From Eledone cirrhosa (Eukaryota): 64,000 nucleotides of DNA. Shown in pieces: positions 24,897-37,529 of the stretch (position 1 is the stretch's first letter; each line of letters opens with the position of its first letter). A model generated the notes under the pieces. That model searched no databases. It saw only the letters and a list, made by a program, of their open reading frames with translations, and was not told the DNA's origin. The stretch is taken from NCBI GenBank assembly GCA_964016885.1, contig OZ024745.1:131254001-131318000 (forward strand), given 5' to 3'. The position numbers were made by a program, and so were the translations under genes.

Positions 24897-26958
24897 GTGA
24901 GTTTTTTTAAATTTTTGCTTTTAGTTTTGTTGTTTGTTTTTTATTTTTATTTTCTGATTCTATTTTTGCTCATCTCTAAGTTTGGTTTGTTTTGTCTTGT
25001 TAAAAGCATGAAAATTATTTTTTGTTTGTGTGTGTGTATGTATGTGTATATGTGTACGTATATATATATATATGTGTGTGTGTATATATATATATATGTG
25101 TGTGTGTGTTGTTTTCATTTTCTTTGCAGATGTTAGCAGCTGTTTTAGAATTTTATTATGCTCTCTGTTGATAAGCACCATTTTAGTCCATCTCTTGCAC
25201 TAAGATTAGATCACAATCCTCCCCTCACATCAACATTTTCAGATATTGGAAGCCAATCATAGAATTCAGAAAATTATGCATGTTTGTATGTGTGAGAAGG
25301 GAGAACATATACTAGAATATAATGTATGGATACTTCTTCTCCTCTTGGAACAACTCTCTGATCTTTGAGCTATCCACTCTATCAAGTAACATTACTCCAA
25401 AGACTCCCTCAGAAGAACCCCATTTAGGACCATAGGTAAGGCTTGGCACAAATACTGAATTAAAGATTGCAAGTTTGGCTTTTACAGCTACTTCCCGTCT
25501 TCTGATTACTGAATGCTGAAACTGGTGCATTACTGCACCAGCTCCTGCAATTCTTGCACATAATTCAGCCGCATGCCTTCCATCTCTCGTGAACACGGCC
25601 CCGAGATACTTGAGTATGGATACTGAAAAAATGATATTTATTTTTGTGAGAACCCATTCTCTTGAATATTTGTAAGCGCTGTCGGCTTATTTACCAGAGT
25701 AATTTGATGGTTGCAACTAATATTTTGTCTAACCCATGCATAATCATCATCATCAGCATTGTTTTTATGTCTGTTTTCCCATGCTCTCATGGGTTGGACA
25801 GGTCCTTCTCAGCCCAATATCTCTTCACTCACCACGCTTCTTCATCATCTCTGTGAGTCTCAGTGATTTGAGGTCAGCTCGCACCACCTCTACCCAGGTC
25901 TTTGTTGGGGGTGTAGGAAAATACTCCTTAAATGATGATGATGATGATGATTACATACAGAAATATGACTATAAATCAAACAATAAATGTAATTTTCCAC
26001 ACAACAAATACAATCTTGATCTGTCTTTCCCTTTATTTATCAATAAATGGTACATTAACAGTGTTTTATTTCAGTGTTATACTCCAGAATCTCTACATCT
26101 TAGCCACCACCATCTATAACAGGAGTACACACTGTGTCTTTATATACAATATCTTCAAAGACAAATGAGATCAGTCTAACTAGTTTCATACCTGTATTTC
26201 ATCAATAGTTGAATATTCTCTTTAAACTACAAAGGCACTGCTTGAAACCCAAGCTTAAATAAATCTGATCAACAAAATTGCATAAAATAGAAGATATAAT
26301 GTTGGCAATCTACATGATAAACACACTCAGTGCACGCTGTAAAGTGGTTGGTGATAGGAAGGGCATCCAACTGCAGAGAGATTGCCAAACAATGGATTGT
26401 TTCAAAGACATGACAACCTCTCCTGTGCACTCAGTAGAACATGCCACTGTACGTAAGTGAGACAACAGATCTCTGGCTTGTCTAGGAGATCAGTAGCCAC
26501 TGCTTCTGTACTGAGTTGACCTATGTAGACCTGTCCAACCTTTGCTTGCAGGGAAAGTGGATGTTAAAATGAGGATGATGATGAATCCACCCTGTAAATG
26601 TAATAAGTGTTAGAAAGGGCATCCAACCATGGAAACCTAGTCAGAAACAGTTCTGTATGAGCAAGACGTGGTCACCTCGTCTAACTCATGCTAGCCTGGA
26701 AAATGGACATTAAATAGTGATGATGGTGATTGCATTCTTGGCAGCTGGAGGAATTGAAGATAAAGTATATAGAAACAAGATATTTACATCTATCTACTGC
26801 TGGTTAACATCTATAAGTATAATCTGCAGTATAGAATAACATTTATTTATTATTTCCTGCAAAATATATTGATTTCAGCTGTTAAATATTTATAGAATTC
26901 CTATGAAAATCATTCATTTTTAGTGCTATGTAAACATCCTTTAGAATGCCTGCTTTAA

Positions 26959-27165
26959 CCCTTTAGTGTTCAAACCGGCCAAAACTGGCCAGAATTCTCT
27001 ACCTCTTTCTGTTGAAACTGGCTGTAACTGGTTGCTCAAACTGATGTTAAGGTATTGTTCTCAAAATAAATACTTTCAAAATCTCATAGATTCGATATTA
27101 TGTGAGGTAAAGCCTTTACCATCAAAATATAATAGTAAATATAAAATAATGTGAATGCTAAAGGG
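26959..27165. mobile_element. piggyBac-like MITE
   Basis: TTAA|CCCTTTAG...CTAAAGGG|TTAA, i.e. short terminal inverted repeats (TIRs) with a TTAA target duplication. Confidence 0.85.
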
Positions 27166-27644
27166 TTAAACAAAGTCAGTGTCAAAAGGTAGATAGTTCT
27201 AAGTATTGAATTACAATAAATTCAGTTTTTAACCCTTGTGATAATGTCTCCAACTAACTTTATACTTGGTTCATTTCTTCTAGTTTTATATCATTACTGG
27301 CTTTATGAACAAGATTTCATTTCACAGTAAACTTTCTAGTGAGGATGCTTTCATCACTCTTCCCTTCCATGATTGTAAAATTGTTTCTGAAGAAGAAAAC
27401 ATGGTTTAGCATCAAATGCCCACAAGTGTTGTTTAATATTTAAAAAAAAAATCATATTGAAATTGTATTTTTTAACAACAATGTAACATTGTGATATTTA
27501 TAAAACTTCTATGTTTTGTTATTCCAATTTTATTGCAACATAATTTTGTCTTACACAATATGTTAATTTCTAGCTTGTTTCCAAAATGAAATATGATTCA
27601 TATTGTATATAAATAATAATATAAAATCCCCTTCCTTATTTCAG

Positions 27645-27707
27645 GCTGGCATTAATAGCAGAGGAACATATGGTATTGAAAGAAAATTATAATGAGCAAA
27701 GTCAAAA
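27645..27707 (+). CDS. CIP2A: CIP2A exon: (K)LALIAEEHMVLKENYNEQSQ(K)
   Basis: tttcAG at 27643-44, GTaaga at 27708, 63 nt, phase 2 to 2. Matches CIP2A KLESVAEEHEILTKSY. Confidence 0.9.
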
Positions 27708-29009
27708 GTAAGAGCAAAGCAGTTTCATATAATTTCATTTGAATCTTTTTGTTTCTGACTCACTGTTGAATGATATCAGAGCAGATTTTGCAGATTATTA
27801 TTTATAAGTTTCATATTACTCTTGTAAATGCCATCATTGATAAGCTGAGAGCAGCTAGTTAGCAAAGTCAAATACACAGAAATAAGATAACTAAACAGTA
27901 AAAGAGAGAAGGGGGGAAAGGAAGATGTAGGGGAGCTCTCTTTTTTTTTTATATTAAGGATAACAATATATCACTGATATGGCAATTACATAAAGACAAT
28001 CAGTTCAGATTGTTCTAGAAAATTAAGCTAACCCCATGAAGTGAGATGTTTATAAAGTTATTATTCACTTCAGCATTCTGAACACAGAATATATAGCAAA
28101 ACATTGGCAGATTCATTAAAACTATGGATAAAATACCTTGCAGTACTTTTTCCAGCTCTCTATTCTCCAAGTTCACATCCCACTATGGTCAGCTTTGCTT
28201 TTCATCCTTTCAGTGTCTAAAGCAGTGGATTGACAGAAATGTTAATCAGATGAGATGCTTTGCAGTATTCTTGCTCTTTGTGTTCTGCATTCAAATCTCA
28301 TTGTGGCCTACATCAGTTCTAAACTGGTTTAACTTGAGTACCTCTAGTAGTGTATAATTTATTGTAAGCATTTGAAGATGTCTCTCTCTCTCCCCCAATA
28401 GACTCAGGGGGCCTGAAGAGGGTCTTCAGTGCTGTTCTCTCCTTGACTAAAACTAAAAATATCATATAAAAGAAGCTTAGAGAGAGACAATTGTTGATCA
28501 TTAGAATCATCAAGTCTACTATAATGACACTTTATAGTTTTTGAGTATATTTCATGTTATTAACATAGCTTAGATCAGTCTTTTCAACCACAATACCACC
28601 ATATTTCAGTTGTGCAAGATTATTAAATGTATTATATTAATCCATAGATGCAGATATATTATGACAAAAAGCACCCAGTACACTCTGTAAATGTGGTTGG
28701 TGTTAGGAAGGGTATCCAGTTGTAGAAACCAAGCTAGAAACAGTTTTGTAAGAGCGGGACGCGGTCACCTGACCTGATTTGCCTTAAATGGGACAACCCG
28801 TCTAATCCATGCTAGCATGGAACAATGAATGTTAAATGATGATGATGATTACTAAAAGTTCTAAAAGAAACCTAACTCTGTTATAAATTAAGATTTGGAG
28901 TGGTGCTGTCACTGAAAGGAAAACAAAAAATTGAAAAACACTAGATTTGGTATTTTCTTGAAAATAATTGATCATCATAGTTGTTATTGATATGGTGGTC
29001 TGTGAGGCA

Positions 29010-29392
29010 GCACTTATCAATCTAAGCCCAACCTTCCCATCCATGAAGACCTGGAAAACCTTCCCAAGATGTGCTTAAGATCACGCAAACCATTCTGGGA
29101 TTCAATGAAGACCCTTCAAGACAATAACTTTGATTTGAAGGAAGAAAAGCTAGGACTATGGAATTAGTCCAAATTTGTCAACCATGACCTCATTACTGAC
29201 CCTACATCTAAACCAGCCAGCTTTCACCTTCCCAGAAAGTAATGGGTGTCCTTTAATCGGACCTGTACAACACATGCCAGGACAGCCCATCATCTCCATC
29301 GAAGGAAAATGAAAGACACCCGAGCATGTGTCAGTAGGGACCATGTAATCCATAATACTACAAGTGACACCTTTGTCTGGCTCACCAATCTT
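29010..29392 (+). mobile_element. Vingi/Ingi-like LINE 3' fragment
   Basis: Translates as ITDPTSKPASFHLPRK*WVSFNRTCTTHARTAHHLHRRKMKDTRAC. Homologous to 63407-63760 on the opposite strand. Confidence 0.72.
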
Positions 29393-29723
29393 GATCTGTC
29401 ACTCTAACTATTGTACATATGTCATACAACAAGAAGATTGCTATGTCATACTTTTTTAACCCTATAATTAGACAAATCCCTTTCTTCTCTAGTTTTGTTC
29501 AATTTGTAATGATATCTTACTGACAACTCTGTATGATCTGTCTGAAATAAATTTAACAGTGCTGCTCACATTTTAGATTCAGCTTTATCTAGCTTTACCC
29601 CAACTGATAACTGTTTTAACCATTGATTCTTGCCAGAGATTGTTTACCCTAACACAGATCTAAATATTGTATATTATTTCTGTGCTGATTCACTGGATGT
29701 GGTAAAAATATTTACATTCTTAA

Positions 29724-29931
29724 CCCTTTAGTATTTAAACTGGCCATATCCGTCCAGAATTCTCTCACCTCTTTCTGTTCAAACCAGCCATAATCGACCA
29801 CTCATACTGATGTTAAGGTATTGTTTTCAAAATAAATAATATCAAAATCTCATAGATTCAATATTATGTGAGGTAAAGCCTTTACCATGAAAGTACAATA
29901 GTAAATATAGAGTAATGGAAATACTAAAGGG
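29724..29931. mobile_element. piggyBac-like MITE, second full copy
   Basis: TTAA|CCCTTTAG...CTAAAGGG|TTAA, with the interior collinear with 26959-27165. Confidence 0.85.
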
Positions 29932-30899
29932 TTAAGACAGCGATTATTTAGTGCTGGAAGTTGTCATATTTTAGCTACCATTTGTGGAAGGACTGTTGGA
30001 AGAATTTTCACTTTTGTCACACTGAATATTCTTCTGAGGTCAGAGGCCACTCAGATGGGCAAATTACATGCTTTACAAAGTCATTTAAGGCAGCCTGGCT
30101 TATTGTAACAACTGACCAAGTGACACTAGACATCTTTCTATACTTACATATATGAACCAAAGAAGACTCTATGTGGCTGCTTGATCTGCTAGAAATAGTA
30201 GTAAAATCACATCCTAACATTTTAGAAAGAAAAGACACACTTGATAATGTGACCCTGAGTTTTGGAAAAAGATGAAATAGTTCCAGCTAGAATTTCTTTG
30301 GTCGTAGATCTCCTGAACCACAGGTGACCTGTGGCTAAACAATATCAACAACCTAACATGTAGACTGTTAGCAAAACTTAATAATAATCTACTAACTGCA
30401 GTAATTTCTCTCACCACATGGTACACAGACTGTTATTTAATATTGAATGTATAGTATTTGTGTAACACTAAAGTTGTTGTTTAGCTGTGACCATGCCGTC
30501 TGTTTCTCAGACATAGTATATCTAGGACTATATTATCCAATGTGTTCTTTCTTTTTTTATAGGGGTGGGGGAGATTTAATTTAAAGGAACGACCATGTGA
30601 AGGATCTCTGGATGGTTTTTGTTTAGCGCTAAAGATGTTTTAAGTTGATACCTCTCTAAAAACTAGTTTTACTAAAGTCATTGGATATAACATTATAAAG
30701 AGGAACGTAGTAAGTTTCATGAAGTTTTGGATGTAAGAATACTTTGTAGTTATCTTAAACTGCATGTCTTTCTTTGTTTTTTTTAAAAATATTTTTGAAT
30801 AGCCTCAATTTTTGTGGTTTTCTTGATCGAAGACACACCATTGATAGGGAGTTGAGACTCCTCCCCCCCATGTTCAGTGTCTCTGAACCATCCATCACA

Positions 30900-31222
30900 T
30901 GCATTTATTTATTTGACGTTGCATTGAGGTGCAGGAATTTTGTTTTGTCAGGAGAGAAGGCTGAGTTGGTATGGACATGTGATGCACATGGAGGATGACC
31001 GCTGGGTAAAGAAGTGTCAAGAAATCCCAGTAGAAGGAAGACGCAGTAGAGGTAGACCACGAAAAACTTGGGCGGAGGTGGTGAGAGCAGACCTCAGATC
31101 GCTGAAACTCACCGAGGAGATGACGAAGGACCATGACTGATGGAGGGATGCTGTGCTGAATAGGACCCGTCCAACCCTTGCAAGCAGGGAAAAGCGGACG
31201 TAAAATGATGATGATGATGATG
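30900..31222 (+). mobile_element. RTE-clade LINE 3' end with (ATG)n tail
   Basis: RRLSWYGHVMHMEDDRWVKKCQEIPVEGRRSRGRPRKTWAEVV is the canonical RTE C-terminus (LRWYGHV...GRPRKTW). Tail ACCCGTCCAACCCTTGCAAGCAGGGAAAAGCGGACGTAAAATGATGATG. Confidence 0.9.
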
Positions 31223-31229
31223 AAGAAGA

Positions 31230-31620
31230 GTCCAGTGGACTGAGCTGCAGCCTCCATTCTGTAGTACTTCCTCGGGATGTGGGACATGGACAGAAACACA
31301 ACGCGGATTAGTGGCACATTCACCCAGATGCTGAGAAAGGTCCAAAGCGTACCCTGGAGAATACTCAAAGAAATGCTCTCTCGCTGACACCTTTGACCTT
31401 TCTGACATCGTAAGGCGTAAGTGGCTCGCATTGGCCAGACATGTCAAACCTCACAATGAACCTACTGGAGAGTTCATTTCTGGGAACCTGATGTGTGCAG
31501 ATGAGTTAGGAGACCAACCACAACACTGAAGGATGTTCTTGTAGATGACAGTGGGTTGGAGGCAGGGGAAATCCAGACAGAGTGAGCTGGATGAGGAACT
31601 TCATCATGGTACCAGTAATG
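31230..31620 (+). mobile_element. Decayed RTE-like LINE fragment, different family
   Basis: Frameshifted RISGTFTQMLRKVQSVPW...LSDIVRRKWLALARHV...WEP...RRPTTTLKDVL. Confidence 0.6.
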
Positions 31621-31663
31621 AAAATAATTTTTGTATGACATAACATTTCTTATTATGTAATAG

Positions 31664-31777
31664 GCTGGAGAATGCTGAACATATGTTGAGTACTTTGAAG
31701 CAGGAACATACTTCATTGACAGAAATGCATGAAATTCTACGTAAACATCATGAATCTTTGAAGCAACAAAATGAGGT
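31664..31777 (+). CDS. CIP2A: CIP2A exon: (K)LENAEHMLSTLKQEHTSLTEMHEILRKHHESLKQQNE(V)
   Basis: tAG at 31662-63, GTaagt at 31778, 114 nt, phase 2 to 2. ESLKQQNE matches CIP2A ESLKEQNE. Confidence 0.88.
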
Positions 31778-31959
31778 GTAAGTATAATCTAATATATAAA
31801 GACGTACATTGCGTATATGTTGTATGTGTGTGTGGGTGTATATATATATGTTGTGTGTGGGTGTGTGTATATATATATGTATGTATGTGGGAATATCTTG
31901 TGGTTGATGTATGATGAGTTTTGTGTTGAACAGTGAACACTCTGACATGGCTTGTAATC

Positions 31960-32670
31960 AGAACCATGGCTAAACCCAAGGTTAAAGCAAAACAGCAACA
32001 GACATTATCTGGTCTAAAGCCAAACTAGATTGATCAGGTACCTACCCCAATCAGGTAAGTAAAGCCAGAGGTCCTTGCAAGGAGTGCTCTAACAACTGCA
32101 GCATTTGCTAAGCTGAAACCTTTCTAGAGAGACAAAAGCACCACTCTCAGGTGCAAACTAAAACTCCTCTGTACGTTGGTCTTATACATGCAAGTCATGG
32201 ACCCTGACCACTGAACTGCAAAGATCGAAACAGTGGAGATGAGTTGCTATAGAAGAATCCTGGGAATCTCTGCCCCTCCCCTCTCTTTCCCTGCACTGTG
32301 CTTTGGAGAATTGTCTTAGAGAGTCCGATCTTGCTACATGCCCATACTACATAACAAACAAGGCGGACCACAAAAGAATCACCCAGCACTTGTTTCACTT
32401 TGAAGATCTGCTGACCACAGTGAAGGAAGTTGAGGTGGTATGGGCATGTAAGAAGATCGGACAGAGTCTCTAAGACAATTCTCTAAGGAAGAGTGTAGGG
32501 AAAGAGAAGGTGGGGCTGACAGAGGAAGAAGTGGTCAGACAACAGAGTTGAGTGGACGGGAAAGAACTTGCCACAACCGAAGCACTCATCTATGACTGAC
32601 AGAGATGGGGGCACTTAGTGCAACATTCAACACTGCAGTCTCTCAATGACCCTGAAAAGGGTTAAGGGAC
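31960..32670 (+). mobile_element. Decayed BovB-like RTE LINE 3' fragment with an internal inverted duplication
   Basis: AAFAKLKPF, SWTLTTELQ, EMSCYRRILGIS, LRWYGHVRR...KTIL.G...GKRR.G.QRKKWSDN. An RT-domain fragment of similar type lies at 33985-34360 (PKKGNL...SHATKVML...EE..F.KGRS..EQIF). Confidence 0.75.
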
Positions 32671-32789
32671 CCTAGTGACAATAATTCTACTACCTAGAAA
32701 CACAGCAGAAGTAGGTTTAAACTTTATACTCATTAACTATTTAATCATTTTACCATATGATGGGTATATATTTACATACATGTCTTCAC

Positions 32790-33000
32790 AATGGCTAACT
32801 GAATATACTTTTTCTCAAAAACATTTCTTTTCCCATTCCTTCTTCTTCTCGCTCTCTATTTCAACTTTTATTTCTCATTCTATCTTCTGATGAAGGACTA
32901 GTGTCTGAAACGTAAAGACTCTTTTCCTACTCTATCAAGTGTTAAACTAATATATTTCTTCATTGTACTGTGTTGTTTGCTTTCTTGTTTCTGTTGACCT
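32790..33000 (+). mobile_element. Penelope-like terminal repeat remnant with a minimal hammerhead motif; inverted sister copy at 34855-35072
   Basis: TCTT-CTGATGA-A-GGAC(TAGT)GTCT-GAAA-CGTA-AAGA at 32883-32918. About 200 bp of flanking sequence also matches the reverse complement of 34855-35072. Confidence 0.6.
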
Positions 33001-33256
33001 TTTGTTTGCATACATAGATACACACATAAAGGAAAGATAGTGAGAAGGATGAAGCCAAATGCCAAACACTATACCTCACTGTTGGTAGCATTAGACTGAG
33101 GGTCAATAGAGGGTGATAGCTGGGAAGATGAGGGGAAAGGTGGTGTAGTAGGTGGGAGAGAGAGGACTTAACAGAAGTATATCGGGTGCCTTGTTTGTGT
33201 CTTCATTTTACTTCCACTTTCCCTGCTAGGGTGGGCTGGACTGCATACATACATAG

Positions 33257-33291
<35 letters not shown>

Positions 33292-34709
33292 AATATATAC
33301 ACATACATACACTCATACATTTAGGAACTCAGTGGCAATGGTATTCAGTGCTGTACTCTACAATATCTTGCTTTTTAATGTTTTTATACAAAAATAGAAA
33401 GAATAAAGAAAGAAAGCTGTAGGCCACCCTGGGGCTATCACTTTGTGTATCCTATTTTCAGAATCTATTCTGATAAAGTAATTCACTTTACTCTCTTTCT
33501 TTGTTTCTTGTTCCTGTAACTGAATAGTTTTGATGTTTACAGTTTGTAATGATTGCTAAGGATAGGACAGTAACTCATTGGTAGGAACTGATAACTTTGT
33601 AGAACATCTGAGTTCAAATTAAGAAACATGATTTACCTGAGGCTCCAGATAAAACCAGCTTTATTCATGTGAATCACTTCATCTCTTTTATTTTTTGAAA
33701 TGTCATTCTTATGCCCTTGGAGGCAGTTGGATATTTCTGGAAACTTCAAAAAGATTTTAACTAAGAAATAGAATTTATGTCTTTTTTACTGGAAGTATGT
33801 ATGTACTTTTATATTAAGTGTCTATACTATATAAGATTAGTAGTAATTGAAAGACGGACAGTGTACTGTTAAAAACTGTACAATTACCAACACAGACGGA
33901 ATCCTGGTGTGCTGTATGAAAAAGATGTTAGCTAAGAAATAGAATTTGTCTTTTTTTATTGGAAATATGTACTTTTACACAAACATAAGACAATCTGCAA
34001 TAAAGTCTGGTAGCCTTGTGAATGGTCAGCACTGTGGAGTGACTGATCATAGTAGTTCCCAAGAAAGGCAACCTCCAACTATACCAGGACTACTCTATCA
34101 TCAACAAGGTCAGCCATGCAACCAAAGTAATGCTCAGTGTTAGTATGAAAATACTGAAGCCCCACACAGACACTAGCATAGTTGAGGAAGATGCAGACTT
34201 CTGTAAAGGTAGAAGTTTTACTGAGCAAATCTTCAGCTCATTAAGTGAGGAATATCTTCAATAGCAGAAAGAGCTTCATTGACTTCATTGACTTCAAGAA
34301 AGCATTTGATAGAATCTGGTAGGATGCTCTAAAGATCACCATAAGGAAACAAGGCAAAAGTTGAGTCATACCATATAACATAATAAATCATTACAGACAG
34401 TAATTTAATACCTGTAATTCACCAAGGAAGCCAAGACAAATATTCAATAACACAAAAGGAGCTGATTATCCTATTGGATCAAGCAAACAATGTTTCCATT
34501 GGTCTTTACTGATACTACCTACTGGTTGCAACTTCTGGCAGAAGGAATAACATGGGACATAGTATTTTGGTGAGGAACATAAGGTACCACCCAGTCCAAG
34601 AATTGAACACACAACCTTATGATCACAAGCTCAACAGCCAAGCGACTAATCCATGTGCTTTCATTAATGTAATAAATATTTCTTGTTGAAGAACAAACTG
34701 AATTGAATT

Positions 34710-34846
<137 letters not shown>

Positions 34847-35295
34847 TTAATTGAAAAAACAAACAGCACAGTACATGGAAGAAATATATTAGTTTAATGC
34901 TGGAAATAGCAGGAAGAGAGTCTTAATGTTTCAGACACTAGCCCTTCATCAGAATATAGAGTTAGAAATAGAAGATAAATAGAAAGTAAAGAGCAATGAG
35001 AGGAAGGAATGGGGAAAAAAATGAAGAAAAAAAAGGAGGATAAAAAAACACATGCTTATTCCGTCAGCCATCTTGTATATATATATAATATAGAAATGGC
35101 TGCTACAGGAAGTAAGGTACTCAATACATAGCAGAGTATAAATGTTTATACTGTATTATGTATTGAGTACTTTATTTACTGTGGTTACCCCCGATTGAAC
35201 CCGGGATACACACACACACATATAATACTGATACCCTGTAACAGTGTAGTTGATCAGTGAGTGGTTTTGATGGCACAACTGACATTTTTTTACAG

Positions 35296-35357
35296 AGGAC
35301 TTGAAAAACAAGGTAAACTTTCCAGGCAGTTAAAGGAGTCAGAATCACTGGTTAAAT
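35296..35357 (+). CDS. CIP2A: CIP2A exon: (V)GLEKQGKLSRQLKESESLVK(S)
   Basis: Branch-like ctgac, T-tract and cAG at 35294-95; GTaagt at 35358. Length 62 nt, phase 2 to 1, which is exactly the phase bridge required between the flanking exons. Confidence 0.82.
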
Positions 35358-35458
35358 GTAAGTTGTTGAGTTTTATTGGTCTTTGTGCTTTTGTTTTCTT
35401 TTAATATTTTGTTCTACTTGTTTGATAATGACCACCACTACTAGTAGTGTGATGATGA

Positions 35459-35492
<34 letters not shown>

Positions 35493-35994
35493 TGTGATAG
35501 TAGTGATGATGATGATGATGTGCTACCCAGCCTAGAAGACTGAGTCACACAGTACTATACTAGATCCAATCATTTGATACCCAAGAACACATTCCTTATT
35601 CTCACACAAACTGATATTCTGTGTAACCCTTTCATTACGATATTTCTCATAAAATACACTATTTGTATTAATGAAACATTTGGAGGGATCTATTAATAGT
35701 TATTTCATTATAGACAGTGACTTGGTAGAATTGGTAGAGAGTTGGCCAAATGGTTAGTAGTATTCCTTCTGGGTCTTTACTTTCTGAGTTCAAATCTCAC
35801 CGAGGTCAACTTTACTCTTCATCCCTCTGGAAGTCGCTAAAGGCCCTAGTGAAGTTGATATAATTGACTTTCCCCACAAATTACTGGATTTGTGCCCAAC
35901 TTAGAAGAAACCAATAAGATGGTAATTGTAACACTTTAACAAAAGGTTTGTATATTTATAGTGGAAGATATTGATTTACATAGGAACCCATTAA

Positions 35995-37093
35995 CCCTTT
36001 AGCATTATTGTATATACTAATGGTGGATTGGCAGTATCGGTAGAGGGTCAGACGCCATGCTTTGCAGCATAGAATTATGGCCCTTTACAGTCTGAGTTCA
36101 AATCCTGCAGAGGTTAACTTTGCCTTTCATCCTTACGGGGTCAATAAAAGAAAGTACCAGTAATGTACTGGGGTAATTGCTGGCCTTGTGCCTAAAGTAG
36201 AAACAATTATTGTATATACTATTGTATTTTTGTTGTAAAGGCTTTACCTCACATAATTCATCATCATCATCATCATCAGGTTTAGCGTCCGTGTTCCACG
36301 CTTGCATGGGTTTGGACGGGGGTTTTCCCACTTGAGGCAAGAGTGGTTGTCTTGCTCGCATAGGACTGTCTGGCGGGTTTTCTACAGTTGGATGCCCTTC
36401 CTAACACCAACCACATTTACAGTGTGGGGCTGGGAGGTTTTTACCGTGTTGCCTACACGGCCACATTACAGCGTGGACTGTCTGGCGGGTTTTCTACAGC
36501 TGGATGCCCTTCCTAACACCAACCACATTTACAGTGTGGGGCTGGGAGGTTTTTACCGTGTTGCCTACACGGCCACATTTACAGCGTGGACTGTGTGTTT
36601 TTTTGTCGTGACACCTACACGATCTCATTTGTTTCGGCCTGGATGTTGTGGGACCAACATAACTGTACATTGAAAGGGGCGGTGTGGATGGGGTGGAGGT
36701 GGTGGGACGGGGGGGGGGGGTGTTTTGATAGAGATGCCTACTGACTGTAGTAGGTTTTTACTTTGTATTTAGGTAAGGCGGGTCTTCTCTATTACTGAGT
36801 ACCGCCAAAGGTCTTGGTCCAGTGACATTGTCTTGGAGAGGTGTAAGCGTGTGAGGTCGGAATTTATCAGCTCGTCCCATGTTTTTCTGGGTCTGCCTAC
36901 TCCGTGGCTACCGTCTATCTTTATTGCCCTGCACTTTGTTATACAGCACTTTGTTATATAATATCAAATCTATGAGATTTTGATGTTATTTATTTTAAGA
37001 ACAATACCTTAACGTCAGTATGAGCAGCCAGTTTGAACAGAAAGAGATGCAAGAATTCTGGTGGGATAGAGCCAGTTTAGATGCTAAAAGGTT
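35995..37093. mobile_element. piggyBac-like MITE split by two nested retroposon insertions
   Basis: Begins TTAACCCTTTAGCATT. MITE pieces at 36222-36257 and 36958-37093 flank a SINE (36020-36205, TSD ATTATTGTATATACTA) and an RTE LINE (36258-36955). Confidence 0.8.
36258..36955 (-). mobile_element. 5'-truncated RTE LINE with long 3' UTR
   Basis: The minus strand reads ITKCRAIKIDGSHGVGRPRKTWDELINSDLTRLHLSKTMSLDQDLWRYSVIEKTRLT*, then about 500 nt of UTR with a duplicated GTTGGTGTTAGGAAGGGCATCC box and an (ATG)n tail. Confidence 0.85.
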
Positions 37094-37529
37094 GAAATAG
37101 AAAGTTTTATTTGATAGAACCAGTAGTAGGTTTTGGTGGTTTGGTATGGAAAGGGTTAATCAACCAGAATTTTTTTATTAACTTATCATGCATACTCCTA
37201 TAACTCCTTCCGAGGGAATTGTAGAGGCGCCACATTGACATATGGCATTTCCAGGGCATTGTTTAAACCTGGTGGAGCCCATCTCTCCAGGCCTGAATAC
37301 AGCAGATTTCTTCCTGAAAAGGATAGAGTGAGAGAGAGATAGAGAGGAAGAACTGACACTAGTAGTAGACTGGTACTTTTTTATCGACCTTGAAAGGATG
37401 AAAGGCAAAGTTGACCTTGGTGGGATTTAAGCCGAGAGAGCAGAGAGAGGAAATGAATACCACAAAGCATTCTGTCTGATGTTATGTATTTGTTCTTAAA
37501 TATATTTACATGTTCATTTATTTGTTCAG

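Noticed and set aside
35250-35295. 5' extension of the small CIP2A exon (MAQLTFFYR)
   Set aside because: The nearby upstream AGs give in-phase stop codons, and the stretch has a branch point plus polypyrimidine tract for the acceptor at 35295.
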